A stretch of DNA of 35,450 bases from Planctomycetota bacterium (GTDB lineage: Bacteria; Planctomycetota; B15-G4). The first letter of the stretch is position 1. Every line of letters starts with the position of its first letter. The notes beneath the pieces were generated by a model. That model saw nothing but the letters and a program-made list of their open reading frames with translations. It was not told the DNA's origin and ran no database searches. The position numbers were made by a program, and so were the translations under genes. Below, one piece after another: positions 16,285 through 25,516 of the stretch. The DNA lies in the NCBI GenBank assembly GCA_036229545.1, contig JAZALG010000105.1, forward strand, positions 1 through 35,450, in the 5' to 3' direction.

Positions 16285-18489
16285 ATGTCAGCACAAGAGG
16301 ATGAACCCAAAGATTCCCTTTCACGTCTGGCTAGAGAGTCAGATGTTGAGTCCTTCGAGGCAGCGTGGCTTGAGGCCATTGATGGCAAAGAGCCGACCCC
16401 GGATCTTCTCGAGGCGTACCACGAACTTTCCGGAGAGAAGCGACACGTCGTGGGGCACTCTCTTCTCGAAGTATTGTTCGAGGCCTGCACCGAGCGGAAG
16501 GACGCAGAGGGAATCCTGGCGGTGGGGGCGGAGTTGCTGTCCTCAGCGAGCAGGGGAGATCTTGATCTGGAGCCGGCCCTTCGCGATGCCCTGGGAGAGC
16601 AGTTCGGGCAGGAAAGTTGGTATGCGAGTTTTTTGCGTCTTTCCGGATTGGAAGAAGAGTCGGCGCTTCAGGCGTCGCAGGGTGGGGGAATGCGTTCTTT
16701 TATAGAAGCTCTTGAGCAATTTGACGCGTTGAGGCGGTTTCTTCCTGGAAGCGTGGTCTACCACTCGAGTGGATGGAAAGAGGGCTTGGTGGTGGACTAT
16801 GACCCGACGTCTGAGCAGATCTCGATCCAGTTTCGCCAGGATGGCACCGTGCGGCAGATGCCCATTACGAGTGCCCTCGATGTTCTGACCACTCTCGCCG
16901 AAGATGATCTTCGCGCGCGCCTTCTCGTTGACGAGGAGGGGCTGAAAGAGGAAGCAGCCTCTTCTCCTAGTCTTCTTGTTCGTGCCGTCGCACGATTGCA
17001 TCGAGATCGAGCGACGGTCAAAGAGATGAAGTTGTGGCTTTATGGCACGGTAATCGAAGAGCGGTCTTGGAATAGTTGGTGGAAGAAGGCAAAGCAAGCA
17101 GGCCTCCAAGATCCATTTTTGGCGGTGGATAATCCAAGCCGCCCGGTTTTCGTACTCCGAAAGAAAGCTCTGACGGCAGAAGAAGAGATGGGTCTTGCCA
17201 TGGAGGGGGCGGCGAGTCTTGTCGAACTGCTGAAAGTGGTTGCAGGGCCCCTGTCTTTGGATCCCGAAGCGGACCTCAAAGGCAGGATCCTTTCAGCGGT
17301 GAAATCGGGGGTTGCTGATGAAGGAGAAACCTCAACAGAGAGGCTGGCAGGTGCCCTTCTCCTGCGGCGTCACGGGGAGTCGCAGGATGAGTTCATCGCA
17401 ACTCTGTTGGACGGGATGCTGGCTGAGGAGTCCGTCACGTTCGCGACGATTGTTTCCGCTCTGGGGAATCGAACGGAACGGCGAGACCTCTTTGAGGTTT
17501 ATGCGGCCGCCAAACCGGATCTTTGGAGTGATGGCATCATTGGCGAACTTGATGGACTGCCGACGGACCTTCTCGGTCTAGTCGCCGACCGCCTCACCCT
17601 GGAGGGAAGGGGCGCTGCCTTGGCGAATCGTTTCCGCATTTTTCTTCTGACTCCAAGCAGGTATGCAGACGCGGTTCTTGCCCTGTCTCGGCGTTTTGTC
17701 GCCGGGGACTTTTCTGAAATCGAAGGAGCCCCGGACTCCGTCAATGTGTGCCACGGGCTGCTGTGCATGGCAGAGACCCAGGCGCCTCGTGCGGAGCGGG
17801 GTGATAAAGAGGCAAAGGACGTCATGAAGGAGTTGGAGCGTCTCATCATCGAAAAGGGGCTCGCTTCTCAATTCGTGGAACAGGGATCGCAATCGGACCT
17901 AGAGTCGTCGCTTTCTGTGATGGCTCGCTGCGCTACGTTGCCGAGCGTCTTGGTGAACGCGGTTCGCGTTCCCATCGAGAAGAGGTGTCCAGACCTCATT
18001 CCTCGCAAGGAGATTCCCTTCTGGGAATCCGGCCCTCTGTTTACGAGCAAGGACGGAATGCTCCGTCGGCAAGAGGAGTACCGGGTGCTTCTTGAGGAGA
18101 AAATCCCAGAGAACAGCGCAGACATCGGTCGGGCTGCCTCCTACGGCGACCTGTCCGAGAATTTTGAGTGGACGGCTGCCATTGAACAGCAGAGGCAACT
18201 CACGGAGAAGGCCGCAGCCATGGAAGCTGAATTGAGGGTCGCCCAGTTGATCGAGGATCAGGAGTTAGTGGATGGCGTCGTGTCGCCGGGGATGGTTGTG
18301 ACCTACTCCACGGGGGGAGAAACCCACCAGATACGAATTTTTGGACCATGGGAGCGGGGGGAAGATGTCGTGAGTTATCAGGCTCCTTTGGCTGCTGGCA
18401 TGCTTGGAGGAAAGGAGGGTGATACTCTGGTCGTGGACCTTCCTTCGGGGTCGGTGGAGGTTACGGTGACGGCAGTGGTGCCGGCGTAG
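16285..18489 (+). CDS. Large GreA/GreB-family protein: roughly 580-aa unknown N-terminal region plus a complete C-terminal Gre module
   Basis: The last roughly 150 aa align by eye to GreA: ...IGRAASYGDLSENFEWTAAIEQQRQL... (acidic coiled-coil tip D-x-x-E retained), ...SPGMVVTY....IRIFGPWE....VSYQAPLAAGMLGGKEGD. ATG 16285 lies 9 nt after the upstream stop. Confidence 0.75.
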   Translation: MSAQEDEPKDSLSRLARESDVESFEAAWLEAIDGKEPTPDLLEAYHELSGEKRHVVGHSLLEVLFEACTERKDAEGILAVGAELLSSASRGDLDLEPALRDALGEQFGQESWYASFLRLSGLEEESALQASQGGGMRSFIEALEQFDALRRFLPGSVVYHSSGWKEGLVVDYDPTSEQISIQFRQDGTVRQMPITSALDVLTTLAEDDLRARLLVDEEGLKEEAASSPSLLVRAVARLHRDRATVKEMKLWLYGTVIEERSWNSWWKKAKQAGLQDPFLAVDNPSRPVFVLRKKALTAEEEMGLAMEGAASLVELLKVVAGPLSLDPEADLKGRILSAVKSGVADEGETSTERLAGALLLRRHGESQDEFIATLLDGMLAEESVTFATIVSALGNRTERRDLFEVYAAAKPDLWSDGIIGELDGLPTDLLGLVADRLTLEGRGAALANRFRIFLLTPSRYADAVLALSRRFVAGDFSEIEGAPDSVNVCHGLLCMAETQAPRAERGDKEAKDVMKELERLIIEKGLASQFVEQGSQSDLESSLSVMARCATLPSVLVNAVRVPIEKRCPDLIPRKEIPFWESGPLFTSKDGMLRRQEEYRVLLEEKIPENSADIGRAASYGDLSENFEWTAAIEQQRQLTEKAAAMEAELRVAQLIEDQELVDGVVSPGMVVTYSTGGETHQIRIFGPWERGEDVVSYQAPLAAGMLGGKEGDTLVVDLPSGSVEVTVTAVVPA

Positions 18490-18518
18490 CAAATCTTTCC
18501 CCCTCATGAGAATGCTAG

Positions 18519-20090
18519 GTGACTGTTTCTTCCGATGACGGTGACCACCTTGGACAAATCCCCTTAGGGGGGGATGAAGAGACTTCGCCACCGCGCTCTT
18601 CCGGTCCGTCGGACGAGGAGATTCGTGCTGCCGCCGCGATTGCTGGCGACTATCGCGCCTCGGTTCCTGGGACAGAGCCTGACCGTTCCCCCGCAGGGAA
18701 GGACGAGGGACGGGTGGCCGACCGCCCCTCAATGGATTTCTGGGAGGTTCTCTACGAACGGCGGACCACTCGGCGGTTTGACAAGAGTCGATCTGTCCCC
18801 CGGGACGTGGTCCTCGAACTTCTCGATGCTGCCGTCTTCTCTCCCACGAGTTGCAATCTCCAGATGTGGGACTTTCTCGTGGTGGACGACCCGGATCTGC
18901 GCGAGCAACTGGGACGGCTCTCTCTTCAAGTTCTCTCTACTCCCCTGACGATCTTTGTGACCTACGGCAAGGAATACAGTGAAGAGGGCTATGCCAACGT
19001 GCAGTCTGCCGCAGCGGCGATGATGAACATGTCCAATGCGGCGCACGTGCTGGGGATGGGAACCTTCTGGATCAACCAACTCGGCCCTCGGGATGAGGTG
19101 GGCCGTATTCTTGGGATTCCTTCTGATCGAGAGGTGATCTGCGCCTTGGCGGTGGGATGGCCTGAGGTTTATCCCACCAAAGCTCCGCGTCGCCGTCCCT
19201 TCGACCATGTCGTTCACTGGAATCGTTATGGAGGCGTGGCGATCCCAACCTCACCGTCTCCTCAGGATTGGTCCTTGGACCAAATCCGGGAATACCAGCA
19301 GGCCCGCGTCCTCAACGGAAACCGATACAACAAGACGCGCCCATGGGAAATGGCCGGCAACCTCACGGCCGGGGAGCGATTGAGTGCATTGGACGAGAAC
19401 GGATCTCCCGACGAGGGGAGTCCTCGGTGGCTCGATGTCCTCCCTGTGACGGGGTTGTTCACAGGGCCCTTGGCAAGGCAGCACCGAGGTCATCGGTGGA
19501 CCGTGCTTGAGTTGAGCGAAGACGTGGCGGCATTCGCCGCGAAGCGATGTCCGACCCAGGTGATGTGTGACACCCTTGTGTTTGACCCACAATCAGTCGA
19601 CGCGCTCCCCGAGGAGGTCTTCGACCGGATGACCCTCTTTCATCGCCTGGAGAGCCTGCCCGAGCAGACACGATCCCATCTCCTGGGCGCCCTCCATCGG
19701 ATGCTTGCTCCGGAGGGAAGATTTCTCCTGAAATATACGAGCCGTCGCAGTTTTCACGCGGTTGCCGCCTGGCTTCATCACCGACGAGGCGGCCCGGGGG
19801 GGGTTGAGTATGTGCTTTCGCCCGACCCCAATCTTGGCCCCTTCGAAGCCCTGTCCCCTTCCGAGGTCAAGGCGCTGGTGGAAGAGGCTGGATTCACCGT
19901 GGAGAGGTCCTTCGGAGACGCGAGGGGTCCGAGTCGCGAGGAGATGGAGTTCCGGACTCGGAATATGAGCCGATGGAAGAGTGGAATCGTGCGGATCGGA
20001 TTGGCCCTTTGGGGCGTCCTCCTGTGTTGCATCCCCGGAGCCTCACGATACTGGGCTCGAGACCGGGCTCTTTTGCTCCGGCGTGGCTGA
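18519..20090 (+). CDS. Nitroreductase-domain protein fused to a class I methyltransferase-like domain, with a C-terminal TM helix
   Basis: Nitroreductase N-terminus: FWEVLYERRTTRRFDKSRSVPRDVVLELLDAAVFSPTSCNLQMWDF. Methyltransferase-like part: WLDVLPVTGLFTG (degenerate glycine loop), VLELSEDV, LHRMLAPEGRFLLKY. TM segment: IVRIGLALWGVLLCCIPGA. The start is uncertain: GTG 18519 or ATG 18732. Confidence 0.7.
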   Translation: MTVSSDDGDHLGQIPLGGDEETSPPRSSGPSDEEIRAAAAIAGDYRASVPGTEPDRSPAGKDEGRVADRPSMDFWEVLYERRTTRRFDKSRSVPRDVVLELLDAAVFSPTSCNLQMWDFLVVDDPDLREQLGRLSLQVLSTPLTIFVTYGKEYSEEGYANVQSAAAAMMNMSNAAHVLGMGTFWINQLGPRDEVGRILGIPSDREVICALAVGWPEVYPTKAPRRRPFDHVVHWNRYGGVAIPTSPSPQDWSLDQIREYQQARVLNGNRYNKTRPWEMAGNLTAGERLSALDENGSPDEGSPRWLDVLPVTGLFTGPLARQHRGHRWTVLELSEDVAAFAAKRCPTQVMCDTLVFDPQSVDALPEEVFDRMTLFHRLESLPEQTRSHLLGALHRMLAPEGRFLLKYTSRRSFHAVAAWLHHRRGGPGGVEYVLSPDPNLGPFEALSPSEVKALVEEAGFTVERSFGDARGPSREEMEFRTRNMSRWKSGIVRIGLALWGVLLCCIPGASRYWARDRALLLRRG

Positions 20091-20111
20091 TCCTCGTCCG
20101 TCTCGTCGTTT

Positions 20112-20963
20112 TTAGAAAGAGACGTCGAATTTCTTCATAAGGATGAACCCCACGGCCATCGAGACCACGAGAAACACGAGGATAATTCCCAGTTCACCGT
20201 CCGGCATCCATCCAAGGTCCCGTTCGGGATAGCCTCGAGAAAGAGATGCCGTAGAGAGTGCGGCACTAAAGATCGGTCCGCTGCTGGCGAGGGGGGCCTC
20301 GCCCGGGTAGAGGATGGCCTCCCAACTCTTGGTTCGGACCACAGGTACTTTTCGAGGCCCTCCACCGACGGCCCATCCCTTTTCGACGAGACTGCCGTTT
20401 ACGTTGATTTTCAAAAGATAGTCGCCGGGCTGGTCTGCCCGCAGTCTCCATGCCACCTCCCCGTCTGGAGTGGGGACTGGCCCGGCTTCGATCGTGACGC
20501 CTTCTGGCGTCTCGAGGGTGACTTCGGTTGCCGGTCGGTCGGTCATGGCACGGTCAAGTTGGACGGTCAGAATTGTAGAAACACCGGGGGGGCTGGGATC
20601 AAAGGCATAACGGGCCTCGAGTTGAGCCAGGAGGGCGATCATGGGCAGGATCATGACGGCCATGGGGAGGAGGTTGTTGGCGAGGTAGAGGGTGTTCTTC
20701 CAGAAGATCATCATCGTGGCGCCCATGACAGTCCGAATGTCGTCGCTGAAGAGTCGGATTTCATAGAGATGCACCTTGATCTGATTTTTTGTTCGGGCGA
20801 TCGCGGCCTGATTGCTGCAGTACTTGAAGCAGACCATGGCCACTAGGCCGAAGAGAGCCGACCAGAACAGGAGGGAAATCCAGACATGCCAGTTCAGTCC
20901 GCCCCCGAAGGGAGCAAGGAGCAGGTCGAAGATTGCCGTCGAGAGGTTGTTAAATGTCGCCAT
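20112..20963 (-). CDS. Membrane protein of unknown function (N-terminal TM helices, roughly 135-aa beta-rich loop, C-terminal TM helix)
   Basis: Hydrophobic segments WISLLFWSALFGLVAMVCF, LLPMAVMILPMIALLAQL and LGIILVFLVVSMAVGFILM. It is the last gene of the sat/cysC/NPP operon. Confidence 0.65.
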   Translation of the reverse strand: MATFNNLSTAIFDLLLAPFGGGLNWHVWISLLFWSALFGLVAMVCFKYCSNQAAIARTKNQIKVHLYEIRLFSDDIRTVMGATMMIFWKNTLYLANNLLPMAVMILPMIALLAQLEARYAFDPSPPGVSTILTVQLDRAMTDRPATEVTLETPEGVTIEAGPVPTPDGEVAWRLRADQPGDYLLKINVNGSLVEKGWAVGGGPRKVPVVRTKSWEAILYPGEAPLASSGPIFSAALSTASLSRGYPERDLGWMPDGELGIILVFLVVSMAVGFILMKKFDVSF

Positions 20964-21004
20964 GATTTACAGCCGCCCAAAAGGGTGCCGATCAAGGGAA
21001 GGGG

Positions 21005-21199
21005 TCAGCTGATGTAGCCGAGTCCTCGGAGTTTGTTCTTAATGTCCTCGTCGCTTTCGCTGCCTTCAAAATGCGCGAGTTCCTTCTCAAGAATGTGTGT
21101 GATGAACTCTTCGACGGTGGCATAGCCAGCGGTGTCGGAAACTTTCTTCAAACGAGTGACGAGGTCCTGGTCAAGCCTGACCTTGGTAGCGCCGAACAT
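21005..21199 (-). CDS. Ribbon-helix-helix (CopG/Arc/MetJ-like) protein, 64 aa, with a C-terminal ...IKNKLRGLGYIS tail
   Basis: Beta strand TKVRLDQD, helix LVTRLKKVSDTAG, G-Y-x-T turn, helix VEEFITHILEKEL. An AGGAGA Shine-Dalgarno (SD) sequence lies 7 nt upstream of the ATG. Paralogue of 28380..28622. Confidence 0.75.
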   Translation of the reverse strand: MFGATKVRLDQDLVTRLKKVSDTAGYATVEEFITHILEKELAHFEGSESDEDIKNKLRGLGYIS

Positions 21200-21264
21200 G
21201 TTGATTCTCCTAAAGGGTGTTGGGGATATGAAACGGTGTCATGAGGTTATCGGATGGGAGCGGC

Positions 21265-23277
21265 TCATTTCGAAAGGGGGATGGCTTTGCCGACCATTCC
21301 CTCCCCCTGGCCGAGCCCGTAAAGGTCCAGCAGCGTTGCTGTGAGGTCTGTGAGGTCAAAATCCGACCCGGTGATCTTACGATTGACGAGAAGGATCCCC
21401 GGCACGACGTCAGGGGCCATGAGGTGATTCCCTGACCACCTTGAGGTGTTGTCTTCGATGACCACTCCAGGGACGCCTCCGAGAGTCGAGAGGTCTGAAC
21501 AGCCGTATCCCGCGTCATAGCCGATGACAAGATCAGGAGATTCGCTTAGGCGCAGTCCGGAGTAGACCTCGTCTCGGGTCCAGGCCTGTTGAATGGCAGG
21601 AGCGTTGTGCTTCGGGTCTTGGTAGGACGTCAGTTTGCTGGCGATTTCTGCGAGGAGCGATGGAGATTGTTCGGGGGAGACAATCCCTTCGGATTCCCGG
21701 CCTCTTTGGTTCAGGTAAAGGCCGTTAAATCCCAGGGCATAGGCTCTGGTCTTCGACCAGTCGGTGTCGGTCAGGATGCTCCCCTCCGTTTTCCCGTCCC
21801 GGAGGACTAGATACCCCTCTTCGACCAGCCATGCGTTGAGATGAAAAGCCCTGCGATAGGGCTGGAATCCGTGATCGCTCATCACAATAAGGAGAGTATC
21901 GCTGGGGAGTTGATTCCTCACTGCACCGAGGACGGCATCAACCTCTTCATAGAAGTGCTGGATGTCGTCCCGATGGTGAAGTGCTGTTGCGGGTTCGTGG
22001 GCGGGATGTGGCGGTGCGGAGGAGTCCTTGGGATCACCATGTCTCCAGAGCATGTGGCACTGGAGGTCGATCTCGGAGAGGTAGAAGAAGGTGGCGTCGC
22101 CTCTTTCAAATCGATCAAGGGCGAGGTCGAGCATCTCTCGCCCGTCTTCGTGGACGAGGGCGACCTGGGCCAGATAGTCGTTGTCATCGAAGAGCCCGTC
22201 TTTAAGGGCGTTGGTTTCTTCCGGCATGCCCTGGGTATAGAAGTGCCCGATCTCTCCATGAAGGTCCTCGGCCCAGGTCTCAGGAGTTGTGATCAATTGG
22301 GCGGGGGCGGATGGGGCGATATTGACTGGTGAGGCGTAGAGGCGGAAGGTCGGCCTGACCTCTTTCATGTAAAAGCGGACCGTTCCGCTCAGAGGCATGA
22401 GGCCTCCCGGGGCCGCGTCAAAAACCACCTCAAGCCAGTCGCTCCATTCCCCCTCCTTGAGGATGGCTTGAGCGTCTCCACACCGGAGCCAGACTTCCTC
22501 CTTTTCTGGAGCGAGGTGAACTGTCAGGGGGACGGTGAGGTGGGGGGTCTTGCTCGGGAGGTTCTCGGGGTCGATCGCCAGAATATCCGGTGGGCCCTTG
22601 AGAACGTCGGTCACTGTGTCAGGGACCCCGTCTAAATCGGTGTCGTCGACGGTGATGAGAGCGAGGTCGGCTTTGATCTCGCGGGTATCGAGGATCGGTT
22701 CATTGGTCCACCAGGAGTAGGTGCCGAAGTCGCCCCGCATGTCCACCGTCCCCATGCCTGAGAGGGTGTAGGCGTCGGAGGGGGTGGGAGGGTAGTTCCC
22801 GGGCATGCGGTAGACTTCCGTCTCCACCCCGGCTTCGGTGAGGTAATCCCACCAGGGCGTTCCCGAACGGTTGTTTTCGGGCTCCTCTCCTCCGAGAGGG
22901 ATGTGATAGCCGAAGAAATTCAGAGCCCCTGGTGGCTCCTCTTTCATCGCCCGGGTTGCGGAAGAGATGGGTTGATAGCTGTGGGGGTCTCGATGGATAA
23001 AGTCGAAGACACCGTGTCCTCCGGGATTCATCCCGGTGACAAAGTTCGACCAGGCGACGGGGCTTTGTGGGGGGTTGGAGGTTCCTAAGGGTTGGAAACT
23101 TCCCTCGGTGACGAGGCGAGAGAAATGGGGCATACGTTCCTCGTCCATGAGGCGTTGCAGGATGACGGGGTCCATCCCGTCAATGCCGAGGACAAAGACC
23201 CCAGAGGGGCCGGCGTCTTCTTCGGCGGCGACAAAAGTGGTGAGGGCCCAAGCCAAGAGGAGGGGAATCAGTTTCAT
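21265..23277 (-). CDS. Secreted type I phosphodiesterase/nucleotide pyrophosphatase (NPP, alkaline-phosphatase superfamily) protein, 670 aa
   Basis: Signal peptide MKLIPLLLAWALTTFVAAEE, metal site LGIDGMDP, nucleophile region SPVAWSNFVTGMNPGGHG, VMSDHGF, WSGNH. Confidence 0.82.
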   Translation of the reverse strand: MKLIPLLLAWALTTFVAAEEDAGPSGVFVLGIDGMDPVILQRLMDEERMPHFSRLVTEGSFQPLGTSNPPQSPVAWSNFVTGMNPGGHGVFDFIHRDPHSYQPISSATRAMKEEPPGALNFFGYHIPLGGEEPENNRSGTPWWDYLTEAGVETEVYRMPGNYPPTPSDAYTLSGMGTVDMRGDFGTYSWWTNEPILDTREIKADLALITVDDTDLDGVPDTVTDVLKGPPDILAIDPENLPSKTPHLTVPLTVHLAPEKEEVWLRCGDAQAILKEGEWSDWLEVVFDAAPGGLMPLSGTVRFYMKEVRPTFRLYASPVNIAPSAPAQLITTPETWAEDLHGEIGHFYTQGMPEETNALKDGLFDDNDYLAQVALVHEDGREMLDLALDRFERGDATFFYLSEIDLQCHMLWRHGDPKDSSAPPHPAHEPATALHHRDDIQHFYEEVDAVLGAVRNQLPSDTLLIVMSDHGFQPYRRAFHLNAWLVEEGYLVLRDGKTEGSILTDTDWSKTRAYALGFNGLYLNQRGRESEGIVSPEQSPSLLAEIASKLTSYQDPKHNAPAIQQAWTRDEVYSGLRLSESPDLVIGYDAGYGCSDLSTLGGVPGVVIEDNTSRWSGNHLMAPDVVPGILLVNRKITGSDFDLTDLTATLLDLYGLGQGEGMVGKAIPLSK

Positions 23278-25490
23278 GATTTTTTCCCCTTGTTGGCGGA
23301 GGACACCAGGGCTTCGGGCGCGGCGCCAGATTGACTCAGAATCGCAGGGTCAAAATTGCCACGGACGAGATCCTCTCCACCATTTTCGGAGAAGAAGGAG
23401 GCGCCCTGCATGTATTTGGGGATGTCCTGTCCGAAGGTGTGCAGGACGGAGGGAGCCATGTCGACCAGGCTGGGAGTTTCTCGGGCGATTGGACGGTTGC
23501 AGAGGAGGACTCCGGGAACGATGCGCGGATCCACGCAGTGATCTCCGCTCCAACTTCGAGTGTTGTCTGTGAAGGTGTCCTCTGTCACCGATCCGGTGGC
23601 ACATTCCCAACTGTTGCGATACCCACCGTCGTATCCGATGAGGAGGTCTGGCGCGTCGTACTTATAGGGACCGGTGAAGAAGTCTTCGGCGGCGAAGACA
23701 TCCAAGACGGCCTCCTGCCCTGTGGCCGGGTCTTTCATCTTTTTCAGTCCAACGATGAGTTCCTCCTTGAGGGCGTTGTACTCGTCGCCTTCGGTCACGA
23801 TCCCTGAGACTTCTCGACCCTTGCGGTTGATGAAAATGCCCGTGAGTCCGAGGCTGAAAGCCCTGGTCTTGGACCAGTCCACGTCTTCGAACCAATCGCC
23901 GGACGTGGTCTTTCCATCCTTCAAGACGAGGTAGCCCTCGTCCCTCAGCCACGCATTGAGATTTACGCCACGTCGAAAGTTGGTGAAGCCATGGTCGGAG
24001 ATGATCATGAAGAGGGTATGAGGGTCTTCGACCACGTCATCCCAGATCTCGCCCAGCAGTCCATCCATCCGCTCGTAAACCTGTGGGATCGCGTCCTTCC
24101 ACTCTTCGGTGTCCTTGCCTTCGTTCGCGGGGTGGGTGGGATCGAGATACCGGTAGAACATGTGCTGGACACGGTCCGTGGTGTCGAAGACACAGGTCAC
24201 CAGGCCCTTGCGTGTTTTGGAGAGGGCGTCTTTGAACATGGCGACCCGCTCGTCAGCGATGAGCATGGCTTGCTCAAAGAAGGCTTTTTCATCAATCACA
24301 CGCTCATTGAGAGCCCAGGTGTCTTCTGCCAGTCCTAGGGTGGCGAATTTCCCCAACTTCTTTGCCAGATAGACCGAATAGGCCGTGGGATGGCTGATGG
24401 GCATCGCGGGGTTTTCGGGATCGATGTGAATCGGCGTCATGTAGACGGAAACTTCGGGCTCAAGGGAGGTGATATAGAAGCGAGCGATGCCCCGCACCTT
24501 GATGCCGAGTCCGGCTTTGAAGGTGAGATCAATCCAATCGGAGTATTCGCCCACTTCCAGGGTGAAGGGGTCGGCACCCTCAATCGCGAAATGGGCCGAA
24601 GAACTGGTCTCGTTCACAGTGAGGGTGAAAGGAATCGTGAGGGAGGTTCCGTCGCTCACCAGGGAGTTTTGAGGGCCCATGATCCGGGAGCGGATGACGT
24701 TTCCCTGTCGGCGGAGGACGGTCTGTTCTCCCCCTGTGAAGGCCGCTTCGCCTCCCTCTCCTTGTCGGGTGCTGAAGAAGCCAAAGGTGCCCTGACTTCC
24801 CCTCAGGTCAGGGACGCACATTCCCGAGAGGAGGAGGCCTTTGAACTTGACGGGGGGGAAGGTGATCGGCACACGCTGAATGGTGGAGAAGATGTTCTTT
24901 GCCCCGAGAAGTTTCCAGAAGGCCTGACTCTTCTGGAGGAGCTTGATGGTGGGCTTTTCTAGAGGGATGACGTATTTGCCGATATTCAGAACTTTCTTTG
25001 CATTGCCAATGTCGGTCGACGAGAGCATGGGCATGTAGGTGCAGGGGTCTCGCGTTAGAAAGTCGTAGATGCTGTGACGGGAGGGATCCACTCCGGTACT
25101 GAAGGAGGACCACGCCACAGGCGACATCGAGGGGTAACTCGTCGCAAGAGGTCGGAAGACACCCCGCTCGGCCAAGCGTTGAAAATTCGGGAGCCGGCCT
25201 TCTTGCATGAACTTTTGAACGAGGCCGGGGTCGAGGCCGTCCAGGCCTAGGATGACGACCTTTTTGGCGCGGGCGTTTTTGTAGGGGTTCCCTGTGATGA
25301 TCAGTCGCCAGAGGAGTCGGAGAGGCCACAGGAGAATGGTCCCGAAGGCCAGGAAGACTGTGCTGACGAGGACGAGAGCTGATCCGGCGAAGGCGAAGCC
25401 TGCGCCTGGCCCGATGTAGGCGTGTGCGTCTGGTCCTGAGAAGAGGACCCAGGTCAAGAGCAGCGCGGTGATTCGGATCGAGCGAGTCAT
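23274..25490 (-). CDS. Membrane-anchored NPP/alkaline-phosphatase-superfamily protein, 738 aa (paralogue of the downstream gene)
   Basis: Two N-terminal hydrophobic segments including AYIGPGAGFAFAGSALVLVSTVFLAF, then LGLDGLDP, SPVAWSSFSTGVDPSRHS, IISDHGF, WSGDH. Its stop overlaps the next gene's start by 4 nt. Confidence 0.82.
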   Translation of the reverse strand: MTRSIRITALLLTWVLFSGPDAHAYIGPGAGFAFAGSALVLVSTVFLAFGTILLWPLRLLWRLIITGNPYKNARAKKVVILGLDGLDPGLVQKFMQEGRLPNFQRLAERGVFRPLATSYPSMSPVAWSSFSTGVDPSRHSIYDFLTRDPCTYMPMLSSTDIGNAKKVLNIGKYVIPLEKPTIKLLQKSQAFWKLLGAKNIFSTIQRVPITFPPVKFKGLLLSGMCVPDLRGSQGTFGFFSTRQGEGGEAAFTGGEQTVLRRQGNVIRSRIMGPQNSLVSDGTSLTIPFTLTVNETSSSAHFAIEGADPFTLEVGEYSDWIDLTFKAGLGIKVRGIARFYITSLEPEVSVYMTPIHIDPENPAMPISHPTAYSVYLAKKLGKFATLGLAEDTWALNERVIDEKAFFEQAMLIADERVAMFKDALSKTRKGLVTCVFDTTDRVQHMFYRYLDPTHPANEGKDTEEWKDAIPQVYERMDGLLGEIWDDVVEDPHTLFMIISDHGFTNFRRGVNLNAWLRDEGYLVLKDGKTTSGDWFEDVDWSKTRAFSLGLTGIFINRKGREVSGIVTEGDEYNALKEELIVGLKKMKDPATGQEAVLDVFAAEDFFTGPYKYDAPDLLIGYDGGYRNSWECATGSVTEDTFTDNTRSWSGDHCVDPRIVPGVLLCNRPIARETPSLVDMAPSVLHTFGQDIPKYMQGASFFSENGGEDLVRGNFDPAILSQSGAAPEALVSSANKGKKS

Positions 25491-25516
25491 GGCAGGGACG
25501 CTGTGAGAGAAGGTGT

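Noticed and set aside
20091-20124. A possible bidirectional terminator between the convergent nitroreductase-fusion and membrane-protein genes: CGTCTC (20099-20104) / GAGACG (20119-20124), with a T5 run in the loop.
   Set aside because: The stem is only 6 bp with a 14-nt loop and extends into the coding region of the minus-strand gene. It is too weak to call.
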